A stretch of 19,723 nucleotides of DNA from Dehalococcoidia bacterium. Lineage in GTDB: Bacteria > Chloroflexota > Dehalococcoidia > Plut-88900. Position 1 is the first letter of the stretch. Each line of letters starts with the position of its first letter. Position numbers and translations under genes: made by a program. The stretch is from NCBI GenBank assembly GCA_965249275.1, contig CBDFLQ010000001.1, positions 1 to 19,723 on the forward strand, in the 5' to 3' direction. The notes under the pieces are model-generated. The model did not search any database, had not been told where the DNA came from, and saw nothing but the letters and a program-made list of their open reading frames with translations. Positions 1-8,097 of the stretch are shown one piece after another.

Positions 1-50
1 CTGGGCTAAGGGATTCAAAGTCCCGTGTGCTACCACTACACCACTCGGCA
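1..50 (-). tRNA. tRNA-Gln (anticodon TTG), 5' part; 3' end lies outside the window
   Basis: Reverse complement reads TGCCGAG-TG-GTGT-AGTGGTA-GCAC-A-CGGGA-CTTTGAA-TCCCT-TAGC-CCAG: acceptor 5' strand starting with U1, D arm with GG, anticodon arm with loop CTTTGAA, short variable loop and start of the T stem. Confidence 0.93.
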
Positions 51-82
51 CCTTTGGCCGCTGCCTATGCGCGGCCGGTGAG

Positions 83-88
83 ATTATA
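83..88 (-). promoter_or_regulatory. Putative -10 box (TATAAT) of the tRNA-Gln promoter
   Basis: Plus-strand attata at 83-88 is TATAAT on the minus strand, 32 nt upstream of the tRNA 5' end. No clear -35 box. Confidence 0.55.
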
Positions 89-120
89 ACCCGAACCCGC
101 TATCCAGGCCCTAGCCCCCG

Positions 121-149
121 TTGACGCACCATCACCGCGATGCTAGCAT
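121..149 (+). promoter_or_regulatory. Putative sigma70-type promoter of the MaoC/CoA-transferase operon
   Basis: TTGACG (121-126), 17-nt spacer, TAGCAT (144-149) preceded by TGc (extended -10). Divergent from the tRNA promoter. Confidence 0.6.
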
Positions 150-198
150 TTGGCCCGGCCTCCAGATATGCAACTTGAGAAGGGCGCACCGCTATAAC

Positions 199-594
199 AT
201 GAGACCCCTCGAAGAAGCCCAGGTGGGCGAAACATGCCGTCCTCACACCTACATCCTCACCCGGGAAGCAGCCCTTTTTGCGGCGCGCAATATCGGCAAG
301 GACTCGCTTGAAACAGATGCGTCGGGCAATGAAATAGCCCCCGCCTGCGTTACCGACAGCGACTACGTCCCTCTGTGGATCTCAGACTTCACTACCAAAG
401 AGGCCGTTCACGCCAAGGCGGAGCACCACTATCTCAACCCGCCGAGGGTCGGTAAGCAGATGACCGTGACGGGCAGGTTCAGCGACAAATACAACCGAAG
501 GGGCCGGGACTTCCTGATCATGGAGTCGGAAACGATTGACGAGGACGGGAATAAAATAGTCGAGAGTAAGAACGTATTACTTATAGATCTGTAG
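199..594 (+). CDS. Hotdog-fold/MaoC-like protein, probably a non-catalytic dehydratase subunit
   Basis: C-terminal HAKAEHHYLNPPRVGKQMTVTG...KRGRDF-like...IDEDG fits the hotdog beta-strand pattern. No D-x4-H motif. Start moved to ATG 199 because the track's TTG 121 is the -35 box. Confidence 0.7.
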   Translation: MRPLEEAQVGETCRPHTYILTREAALFAARNIGKDSLETDASGNEIAPACVTDSDYVPLWISDFTTKEAVHAKAEHHYLNPPRVGKQMTVTGRFSDKYNRRGRDFLIMESETIDEDGNKIVESKNVLLIDL

Positions 595-601
595 GTTAAA
601 C

Positions 602-1072
602 ATGTCTATCAACAGCCAAGGGACCGATCCGAGAGACTTCACACCCGGCATGGAACTGCCGCCGGTGACCCGCATCCTCTCAAAAGAGGAAGTGCTCTTC
701 TACACGAACCGGGGCACGGAGGTCGGGGGGCGGCCCACGGACAAGAAGAACATACACAACGACGAGGAGACGGCGCAGTCATACGGCTTTCGAGGCGTAG
801 TTGCGGCTGGGGTACAGACCATGCCCTACATTTGGTCTCTATTCCACGACAAACTAGGCGAGAGTTGGGACAAGGGTGGCCTCCTGTCGGTGACATTTAC
901 GAACATGGTATGCGGTGACGATACACTCGAGATCCGGGCCATCGTACGAGAGTCCAAAGACGGCGAGTCCGACGACCGCGTCTACTTCGACACCTGGATT
1001 GAAAACCAGCTTGGCGAAAAAGTCATAGTAGGGAAGGCGAGCATTCCCGCTACGGCGGGAAGCGCGAACTGA
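602..1072 (+). CDS. MaoC-family (R)-specific enoyl-CoA hydratase/dehydratase
   Basis: D47-KKNI-H52-NDEET-A followed by GFRGVVAAG matches the hydratase-2 spacing D-x4-H-x5-A; typical ends (GMELPPV..., NQLGEKVIVGKA). Confidence 0.8.
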   Translation: MSINSQGTDPRDFTPGMELPPVTRILSKEEVLFYTNRGTEVGGRPTDKKNIHNDEETAQSYGFRGVVAAGVQTMPYIWSLFHDKLGESWDKGGLLSVTFTNMVCGDDTLEIRAIVRESKDGESDDRVYFDTWIENQLGEKVIVGKASIPATAGSAN

Positions 1073-2274
1073 TGGACAGAGCCCTGGAAGGCCTTCGCGT
1101 CCTGGACCTGAGCGAGGGTGTCGCTGGGGGATACTGCACCAAGCTTTTCGGTTGCCTGGGGGCAGAAGTCATAAAGGTCGAGGACCCGGCAGGCGGGGAT
1201 ATCTCCCGCAGGATGGGTCCATTCCTGGACCATCTGCCCGACCCCGAGACCAGTGCCACATATCTTTACCTGAACACGAACAAGAAGAGCATAACGCTTA
1301 ATCTTGGGACCACTTCCGGAGTTGAGACACTCAAGACGCTGCTACCGTCCGTTGACGTTGTCGTCGAGACTTATTCTCCGGGCACAATGGAGGACAAGGG
1401 TCTCGGCTACGAGGTTCTGGAGTCGATCAACCCGGGAGTCGTGCTGGCTTCCATCACGTATTTCGGGCAGACCGGCCCGTACAAGAACTACAAGGGCAAC
1501 TCCATGGTGGGGTATGCACTCACCGGGCAGATGCACCAGACGGGTGAGGCAGACCGAGAGCCGCTGGTCGGGGCAGGATTTCAGCCTGAGTACACGGCGG
1601 GCATTCACGCCTTCGACGCGGTGATGGCCGCGCTTTACTGGCGTGATTCGAGCGGCCAAGGCCAGCACGTCGATGTGTCCGCTATGGAGGCGATGGCCTA
1701 CTACCACGAGTTCTCCATCACGACCTGGACTCATGTTCAAGCCAAGAACATTCGAGCCGGGAACGATTATCCAGTCGGGGGACACCCGCTGACCATGTAC
1801 CCGTGCAAGGACGGGTGGGTGTCCATAAGCAGCGTAATGCCCCATCACAGCGAGAACCTTTTCCTTCTAATGGAGCGGCCCGACCTCATCGACGATCCCC
1901 GCTTCTCCACCGCAGACCAGCGTTGGGACCACAAAAAGGAATACAACGAGATCTTGGAAGCCTGGCTTATACAACACACCATGGACGAGGTGGTTGGCTT
2001 AGGTCAGAGTCTCCGAATTCCCGTTACATACGTGCCCACTTTCGGGCGGTTATTTGAGGACGTTCAGCTAAGCGCCCGGGACTACTGGGTGGCACTGGAA
2101 CACCCGTTGGCGGGTCGACAACTGTACGCCGGCGCCCCGTTCAAGATGGACGAGACGCCCTGGCAAGTTACTCGGGCTCCGCTGCTGGGCGAGCACAACG
2201 AGGACGTCTACTGCGGTGACATGGGACTAAGCAAAGAGGAACTGGTTCGCCTCCGAGAGCGCAACATCATTTGA
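1072..2274 (+). CDS. Family III (CaiB/BaiF) CoA-transferase, subunit with Glu at the catalytic-Asp position
   Basis: ALEGLRVLDL, GAEVIKVE, NTNKKSITLNL, GQGQHVDVS, RAPLLGEHN motifs. TGATG stop/start overlap with the upstream gene. Confidence 0.92.
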   Translation: MDRALEGLRVLDLSEGVAGGYCTKLFGCLGAEVIKVEDPAGGDISRRMGPFLDHLPDPETSATYLYLNTNKKSITLNLGTTSGVETLKTLLPSVDVVVETYSPGTMEDKGLGYEVLESINPGVVLASITYFGQTGPYKNYKGNSMVGYALTGQMHQTGEADREPLVGAGFQPEYTAGIHAFDAVMAALYWRDSSGQGQHVDVSAMEAMAYYHEFSITTWTHVQAKNIRAGNDYPVGGHPLTMYPCKDGWVSISSVMPHHSENLFLLMERPDLIDDPRFSTADQRWDHKKEYNEILEAWLIQHTMDEVVGLGQSLRIPVTYVPTFGRLFEDVQLSARDYWVALEHPLAGRQLYAGAPFKMDETPWQVTRAPLLGEHNEDVYCGDMGLSKEELVRLRERNII

Positions 2275-2280
2275 GGGCTT

Positions 2281-3594
2281 ATGAGCTATCCCGCAGATAA
2301 AGGTCGTGCATTAGAAGGGCTCCGGGTGCTGGACTTCACAAGTGGGTGGTCGGGGCCAATCGGGGCGAGATTCTTGGCCGACCTCGGGGCTGAGGTAATC
2401 AAGATAGAGTCCCTGTACGGTCGGGGGGCTGCACAGGTCCCGACGCCGGAAGACCCAAAGGACTACGCTAAGGTTGCTCATTCCGTTTACCCTGACAATG
2501 ATCCCGGAGACCAACCTTACAATCGATACGGCATTTTTAACGAATATCATCGAAACAAGAAGAGCCTCACGCTGGACCTTTCCCGCGACGATTGCCGTGA
2601 GCTGGCCAAGAAATTTATACCCATAGCCGACGTAGTAATGGAGAACTACAGCGCCAGAGTGATGCGAAACTTTGGATTGGACTATCCTTCGATACGCCCA
2701 CTCAATCCGGCGATTATATTTGTCACGATGCCGGGATTCGGGGCCACGGGCCCGCACCGCAACCACGTAAGCTACGGGACAAACATCGAGCCGACCGCGG
2801 GATTCGCAAACATGATGGGGTATCCGGGCTCGGTCCCTTACAAGTCGGGGGAGGCGTATCCCGACCCCAACGCCGGCGTAAACGCGGTTGCCGCGGTGCT
2901 CACGGCACTGTACTACCGACGACGCTCCGGCAAGGGGCAGTTCATAGACCTGTCGCAGAACGAAGCTACCACCAGCCTGATCGGGGAGGCGTTGCTCGGC
3001 TATCAGCTAACCGGGGAACACCCCGTCAGAATGGGCAATCACCACGCCTACCACGCTCCACACAACGCTTACAGGTGCAAGGGCGAAGACAACTGGGTAA
3101 CCATAGCAGTGACGAACGATGAAGAGTGGAGCGCTCTGTGCGAGGTTGCCGGGAACCCAGACTGGAGTTCCGACCCTCGGTTCCAGGACCAGCTAAGCCG
3201 GTGGCAGCACCAAGACAATATTGACATACATATCTCGGAATGGACCGCGAACGAGGACTACAAAGACTTGATGCACCGGCTCCAAGGGGCCGGGGTCACG
3301 GCGGCGGCGGTCTACACGAACCAGGACGTGGTGGAGGACGAGCAGCTCAACGAGCGGGGATATTTCTGGGACACCCCACATGCGGCCTCGGGTACCATGC
3401 CATTCTCAGGAGCGCCGGTCCTTCTCTCTAAGACTCCCGGAACGCTTATCAGATCTGCGCCTCTCATGGGTGAGCATAACCGCTACGTACTTGAAGAGCT
3501 GGCCGGAGTCGAACCCGGCTATGCGGACTCGCTGGAAGCTGAGGGGGCGATCGGGACTCGGCCCCCGGAAGGCATACCGGGCGTCTTCGCGTAA
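2281..3594 (+). CDS. Family III (CaiB/BaiF) CoA-transferase, subunit with catalytic Asp
   Basis: ALEGLRVLDF, WSGP, LADLGAEVIKIE, RNKKSLTLDL, YPD195PNAG, GKGQFIDLSQ, APLMGEHN motifs. Starts 6 nt after the previous stop. Confidence 0.93.
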   Translation: MSYPADKGRALEGLRVLDFTSGWSGPIGARFLADLGAEVIKIESLYGRGAAQVPTPEDPKDYAKVAHSVYPDNDPGDQPYNRYGIFNEYHRNKKSLTLDLSRDDCRELAKKFIPIADVVMENYSARVMRNFGLDYPSIRPLNPAIIFVTMPGFGATGPHRNHVSYGTNIEPTAGFANMMGYPGSVPYKSGEAYPDPNAGVNAVAAVLTALYYRRRSGKGQFIDLSQNEATTSLIGEALLGYQLTGEHPVRMGNHHAYHAPHNAYRCKGEDNWVTIAVTNDEEWSALCEVAGNPDWSSDPRFQDQLSRWQHQDNIDIHISEWTANEDYKDLMHRLQGAGVTAAAVYTNQDVVEDEQLNERGYFWDTPHAASGTMPFSGAPVLLSKTPGTLIRSAPLMGEHNRYVLEELAGVEPGYADSLEAEGAIGTRPPEGIPGVFA

Positions 3595-3686
3595 GCCAAT
3601 TGCAGGCTCTGCTAGCTTGATCATGCGGGCCTTGCTCAGGCCGGAACCGTTTTCCATGGCACAGGCGATGGCCTCGTTTCCCGGCT

Positions 3687-3715
3687 TTGCAATCCCCCAT
3701 CCGACACCCTAGAAT
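3687..3715 (+). promoter_or_regulatory. Putative sigma70-type promoter of uvrB
   Basis: TTGCAA (3687-3692), 17-nt spacer, TAGAAT (3710-3715); 9 nt upstream of the TTG start. Confidence 0.65.
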
Positions 3716-3724
3716 AAACCCATC

Positions 3725-5794
3725 TTGACTACCACAACAGCCGTAGAAAACAGGTTCAAAATCACCTCCGACTTCCGCATGATGGGCGACCAGCCCAAGG
3801 CCGTGGACCAGCTTGTGGCGGGGCTGGAGTCGGGGATGAAGACACAGACTTTGCTCGGGGTGACGGGCAGCGGCAAGACGTTCACGATGGCCAACATTGT
3901 GGAACGCGTCCAGCGGCCCACGTTGGTGATGGCCCCCAACAAGACCCTCGCGGCCCAGCTGGCCACCGAGTTCAAGGAGTACTTCGCCGACAACCCGGTC
4001 GAATACTTCGTCAGCTACTATGACTATTACCAGCCCGAGGCCTACATACCCCGTAACGACCTGTATATAGAAAAAGACGCAGACATCAACGAAGAGATCG
4101 ATAAGATGAGGCATGCGGCCACGAGGTCGTTGCTCAGCCGGCGGGACGTGCTGATAGTGGCCTCGGTTTCCTGCATATACGGTCTCGGTGATCCTGCGGA
4201 ATATCACTCTTTCGTCGTTAACATCCACAAGGGCGAGACAAGAAACCGGAATAAGCTCGTGCGGCACCTGGTGGACATGCAGTACGAGCGCAACGACATG
4301 GATTTCACCCGGGGCCGTTTCCGCATCCGGGGCGACACTCTGGAAATCCAGCCTGCCTACGAAGAGATCGCAATCCGAATAGAGTTCTGGGGGGACGAGA
4401 TCGAGCGTATCGTTGAAGTGGACCCGCTGACGGGGGAGATTCTCGGGGCGAGGGAGTGGGTGGACATCTACCCGGCCAAGCACTTTGTTACCTCCACCGA
4501 AAAGCTCAACGCCGCCTTTGGGGACATCGAAGAAGAGCTCCAGGCCCAAGTGGACTGGTTCAAGTCCCAGGACCGGCCACTGGAGGCGGCCCGACTCGAA
4601 CAGCGCACCCACTACGACCTGGAAATGCTCAGAGAGGCCGGCTACTGCTCCGGCATCGAGAATTACTCCCGGCCCCTGGCTCGGCGGGCGCCCGGCAGCA
4701 CGCCGTGGACCCTGCTCGACTATTTCCCTGATGATTTCCTTATGTTGATAGACGAGTCACACATGACTCTCCCTCAGATCCGGGGCATGTACCACGGAGA
4801 TATAGCCCGGAAACAGACTTTGGTCGACTTCGGGTTCCGGCTGCCCTCGGCGCTGGACAACCGACCCCTCAACTTTGCAGAGTTCGAGAGGCATATCAAC
4901 CAGATGATCTGCGTCTCGGCCACCCCCGGCCCCTACGAATACGAGCACAGCAGCCAGTTCGTAGAGCAGGTCATCAGGCCCACGGGCCTCGTGGACCCGA
5001 CAATTGAGATTAAGCCCACTGAAGGACAGATAGACGACCTGATTCACCAGATCAAGACCCGCGTCGCACGGGAGGAGCGGGTCCTGGTCACAACCCTCAC
5101 CAAGCGCATGGCCGAGGAGCTAGCCGACTACCTGCTTGAGATGGGCGTCAAGACCCACTACCTCCACTCGGAAGTCGACACTTTTCAGAGGAGCGAGATT
5201 CTCCGGGACTTGCGGCTCGGCATATACGACGTAGTGGTAGGAATCAACCTGCTCCGCGAGGGCCTGGACCTCCCCGAAGTCAGCCTGGTCGCCATCCTGG
5301 ACGCCGACAAGGAGGGGTATCTCCGCTCCTGGGGGGCGCTAGTACAGACAATGGGTCGGGCGGCGCGCCACATTGAAGGCCGGGCCATAATGTACGCCGA
5401 CAGGATTACCGATTCCATGCAGAAGGCAATCGACGAGACCTATCGCCGCCGGGAGATCCAGACAGCCTACAACCAGGAGCACAACATTGAGCCCCAGGGC
5501 ATAAAGAAGGAGATCAAAGACATCACCGACCGCGTCAAGGCTATCGCCGAGGAGCGAGCGACGTACACAATCAACAAGGAAGTGCCTCGGGGCGAGCTTC
5601 TGCGTCTGGTCAAAGAGCTGGAGACCCATATGAAAGTGGCCGCCCGTAACCTGGAGTTCGAAAAGGCCGCGGCTCTCAGGGACCAGGTTCTCGATCTGAG
5701 AAAGGCCCTAATCCTGGATGAGGATGCCAAGGCCGAAGAGGGTATCCGCACACGTTCCGTAAAAGCCAAGCGGGCCAAGCGCCCCCGGAAATAA
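3725..5794 (+). CDS. uvrB: Excinuclease ABC subunit B
   Basis: GDQP, Walker [30 protein letters not shown] beta-hairpin, [23 protein letters not shown] and C-terminal UVR domain ([12 protein letters not shown]). Confidence 0.99.
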   Translation: MTTTTAVENRFKITSDFRMMGDQPKAVDQLVAGLESGMKTQTLLGVTGSGKTFTMANIVERVQRPTLVMAPNKTLAAQLATEFKEYFADNPVEYFVSYYDYYQPEAYIPRNDLYIEKDADINEEIDKMRHAATRSLLSRRDVLIVASVSCIYGLGDPAEYHSFVVNIHKGETRNRNKLVRHLVDMQYERNDMDFTRGRFRIRGDTLEIQPAYEEIAIRIEFWGDEIERIVEVDPLTGEILGAREWVDIYPAKHFVTSTEKLNAAFGDIEEELQAQVDWFKSQDRPLEAARLEQRTHYDLEMLREAGYCSGIENYSRPLARRAPGSTPWTLLDYFPDDFLMLIDESHMTLPQIRGMYHGDIARKQTLVDFGFRLPSALDNRPLNFAEFERHINQMICVSATPGPYEYEHSSQFVEQVIRPTGLVDPTIEIKPTEGQIDDLIHQIKTRVAREERVLVTTLTKRMAEELADYLLEMGVKTHYLHSEVDTFQRSEILRDLRLGIYDVVVGINLLREGLDLPEVSLVAILDADKEGYLRSWGALVQTMGRAARHIEGRAIMYADRITDSMQKAIDETYRRREIQTAYNQEHNIEPQGIKKEIKDITDRVKAIAEERATYTINKEVPRGELLRLVKELETHMKVAARNLEFEKAAALRDQVLDLRKALILDEDAKAEEGIRTRSVKAKRAKRPRK

Positions 5795-5825
5795 TCCGTT
5801 CTCAATTCGCAAGGAGGAAATCTAT

Positions 5826-6893
5826 ATGAGCCCCGAGTCCAACCCGTCCGAGTGGCCACTTCAAAAACAGGCCGAATTCATCTCCAAGCTATACGGCCTC
5901 TGGGGTGGCGCCATCACGACTATCCTCTACTCCCAGCAGGGCGACGACACCGTAGTCCAATGGCGTGAGACGGTACTGCACAACCACCAGAAGGAATATT
6001 TCCTCCAGGGTCTTGAAAAACTCGGGGTAGATCCGGAGAGGGAGCCTGGGGCCGTAGTAGCCGCCAAGTATCACTATTTCTCCAATGCGCTCGGTGGGAT
6101 AGACATGGAGATGTTTGTGGAGTCGCCGAAGAAGGCGTGGATCCGATATAACGCTCCTTTTGGGCCTGCGGGCCTCGCGTGGCTGGCGATTCCTCCCCGC
6201 ATGGGCCGCGCCATATTTGCCGGCTGGCACCCGTACAACGGCGTGCGTCTGAACAACCCCAGGCTCGGGTTTGTGCTCTCCAAGGCCTTTGGAGACGGGG
6301 AGCCCTACGCAGAAGGCTATTTCTACGAGTACGACCACGACCTGACGGACGAAGAGCGCTTCCAGTTCGACCCCAACTCGACCATGCCCGAATATGATCC
6401 CGAACGGGCCCCCAAGCTCGATCCCGAAGTCTGGCCCGACGAGCGCCGCTCCAAGGCTCTGCGCAACTTCGGCAGAGGATACATCGAGGAGGCGGTGGTG
6501 GGATTGCAGCAAGTGATCGGCACTCCTATCACCGCGCACCTGGTCAAGCGGGCCTACGAAGGCGTCGCGCTCCAGTACGGCAAGGAGCTCCTCGCGGAAC
6601 TGGGCATCGAGGGACGGGACTCGGGCAGTCTGGCCCTCTTCACCAAGTATCTGTCGGACATGTCCGGCGATGAGTCGGACCTCACTTCCCCGGAACCCGA
6701 CCGGCACGTTCTGCGAATAACTCGCCGACGCCTCTTCGAAGATTCAACCTCATCCGCAGAAGTGCTGAAAGGCATGTTTGGATTCATTCACATGCTGGGC
6801 AGGACCATGGGCCGTCGGGTGCAGTCGACTCTTACCGCCCTCCGGGAAGAAGGCTCGCCTTACGATGAGATGGTCTTCGAGGACCTCAGGTAG
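5826..6893 (+). CDS. Uncharacterised 355-aa protein, apparently two tandem related domains
   Basis: Strong SD AGGAGG upstream; the ORF fills the gap between uvrB and the methyltransferase. No function recognised with confidence. Confidence 0.85.
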   Translation: MSPESNPSEWPLQKQAEFISKLYGLWGGAITTILYSQQGDDTVVQWRETVLHNHQKEYFLQGLEKLGVDPEREPGAVVAAKYHYFSNALGGIDMEMFVESPKKAWIRYNAPFGPAGLAWLAIPPRMGRAIFAGWHPYNGVRLNNPRLGFVLSKAFGDGEPYAEGYFYEYDHDLTDEERFQFDPNSTMPEYDPERAPKLDPEVWPDERRSKALRNFGRGYIEEAVVGLQQVIGTPITAHLVKRAYEGVALQYGKELLAELGIEGRDSGSLALFTKYLSDMSGDESDLTSPEPDRHVLRITRRRLFEDSTSSAEVLKGMFGFIHMLGRTMGRRVQSTLTALREEGSPYDEMVFEDLR

Positions 6894-6923
6894 GCCCCAT
6901 AAGGGTCGACCCACCGACCTCCA

Positions 6924-7730
6924 ATGGCATCATCCGGCGAAGCGCTTCCCACTGCCAAGGCTTGGGACGCGCCCGAATACCAGCAGAGTCACTCCTACAT
7001 CTGGCAGTATGGCGCCAGCCTGGTCGAGATGCTGGACCCACAGCCGGGAGAGCGTGTCCTGGACCTGGGGTGTGGAACGGGGCATCTGGCGGCGGAGATT
7101 GCGCGGGCGGGGTGCGAGGTGATCGGGATAGACAGCTCCCCGGACATGGTGCGCATTGCCAAGGCGAACTTCCCGGACCTCGCCTTCCATCACGCCGACG
7201 CCAGAGACTTTCATTTCTCTGAAGGGTTCGACGCCGTGTTTTCCAACGCGGCCCTCCACTGGATCAAGGAGGCAGAGCAGGTCCTGGACTCGATTGCCGG
7301 TTGCCTTGAGCCCGGTGGCAGGATAGTGGCAGAGATGGGGGGGAGGGGCAACATCGAGAGCGTTGTATCCGCCCTCCGACGGGCCCTTACAGCTAGGCTC
7401 GGGCACCCGCGGGCTGAGGTAGACCCCTGGTATTTCCCGACAATCGGGCAATACTCTGCATTACTGGAGCAGCGGGGCCTCGAAGTGTCCTTCGCCAACC
7501 ACTTCAGCCGACCCACGCCCCTGAAGGAGGGGGAAGAGGGGCTGAGGGACTGGATTCGGATGTTCTGCTCGGAGTTCCTGGCCGGGCTGGACTACGACAT
7601 TGAGAACGCCGTTCTCGCCTTGGTGGAGGAGGAACTGAGACCATCGCTCTTCGACGGCGTCAGGTGGGTGGTAGACTACCGGAGGCTCAGGTTCCAGGCG
7701 CACAAAATTGGTCCGCCTTTGAAGGGGTAG
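6924..7730 (+). CDS. Class I SAM-dependent methyltransferase (Tam-like)
   Basis: VLDLGCGTG (motif I), GIDSSPDMV, FDAVFSNAALHW, LEPGG, C-terminal DYRRLR. Confidence 0.92.
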   Translation: MASSGEALPTAKAWDAPEYQQSHSYIWQYGASLVEMLDPQPGERVLDLGCGTGHLAAEIARAGCEVIGIDSSPDMVRIAKANFPDLAFHHADARDFHFSEGFDAVFSNAALHWIKEAEQVLDSIAGCLEPGGRIVAEMGGRGNIESVVSALRRALTARLGHPRAEVDPWYFPTIGQYSALLEQRGLEVSFANHFSRPTPLKEGEEGLRDWIRMFCSEFLAGLDYDIENAVLALVEEELRPSLFDGVRWVVDYRRLRFQAHKIGPPLKG

Positions 7731-7746
7731 TCGATTAGGCTATAAT
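7719..7746 (+). promoter_or_regulatory. Putative promoter of the DUF59-mrp pair
   Basis: TTGAAG (7719-7724), 16-nt spacer, perfect TATAAT (7741-7746); SD GGAGGA at 7765-7770. Confidence 0.6.
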
Positions 7747-7773
7747 TGCCTGTACAACCCCAATGGAGGAGAT

Positions 7774-8082
7774 ATGGCTACCATAACCGAGAACGACGTT
7801 CTTGAAGCCCTCAGCGACATCTATGACCCCGAGATCCCGATGATTAACATTGTGGACCTGGGCCTGATCTACGACGTCGACATCAGCGACAGTGAGGTCA
7901 AGGTCACCATGTCCCTCACGGCCCAGGGTTGCCCCATGGCCGGGAGCATCGGCGGGGTGTGCACCGAGGCCGTGGAGTCCATCCCCGGCGTAGACAACGC
8001 ATACGTCGACATCGTCTGGGACCCGCCCTGGACCCCCGACCTGATTACCGAAGAAGGCAAGCGGGCCCTCGGCTGGGAATAG
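7774..8082 (+). CDS. DUF59/SufT-like metal-sulfur cluster assembly protein
   Basis: DPEIP...NIVDLGLIY...MSLTAQGCP...VWDPPWTP motifs, including the DPE...T-x3-C signature. Confidence 0.93.
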   Translation: MATITENDVLEALSDIYDPEIPMINIVDLGLIYDVDISDSEVKVTMSLTAQGCPMAGSIGGVCTEAVESIPGVDNAYVDIVWDPPWTPDLITEEGKRALGWE

Positions 8083-8097
8083 TAGGACAGACAGTAC

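Noticed and set aside
121-198. N-terminal extension of the first ORF from TTG 121
   Set aside because: That TTG is the -35 hexamer of the predicted promoter; ATG 199 is the more plausible start.
1-3594. Genomic island integrated at tRNA-Gln carrying the CoA-transferase operon
   Set aside because: The operon lies on the tRNA 5' side, whereas integration normally targets the 3' end, which is outside the window. No integrase or repeated tRNA fragment was seen.
3628-3686. Inverted repeats between the CoA-transferase and uvrB as an ncRNA or terminator
   Set aside because: Short imperfect GC stems with no recognisable RNA family and no proper U-tract.
3746-3757. LexA-like box GAAA-ACAG-GTTC at the start of uvrB
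   Set aside because: One mismatch to GAAC-N4-GTTC, inside coding sequence and explained by the codons. A genome-wide motif scan would be needed to support it.
3464-4612. 382-aa minus-strand ORF
   Set aside because: Antisense shadow of uvrB in GC-rich DNA with no recognisable motifs.
5889-6707. 272-aa minus-strand ORF
   Set aside because: Antisense to the SD-supported 355-aa gene, with no motifs of its own.
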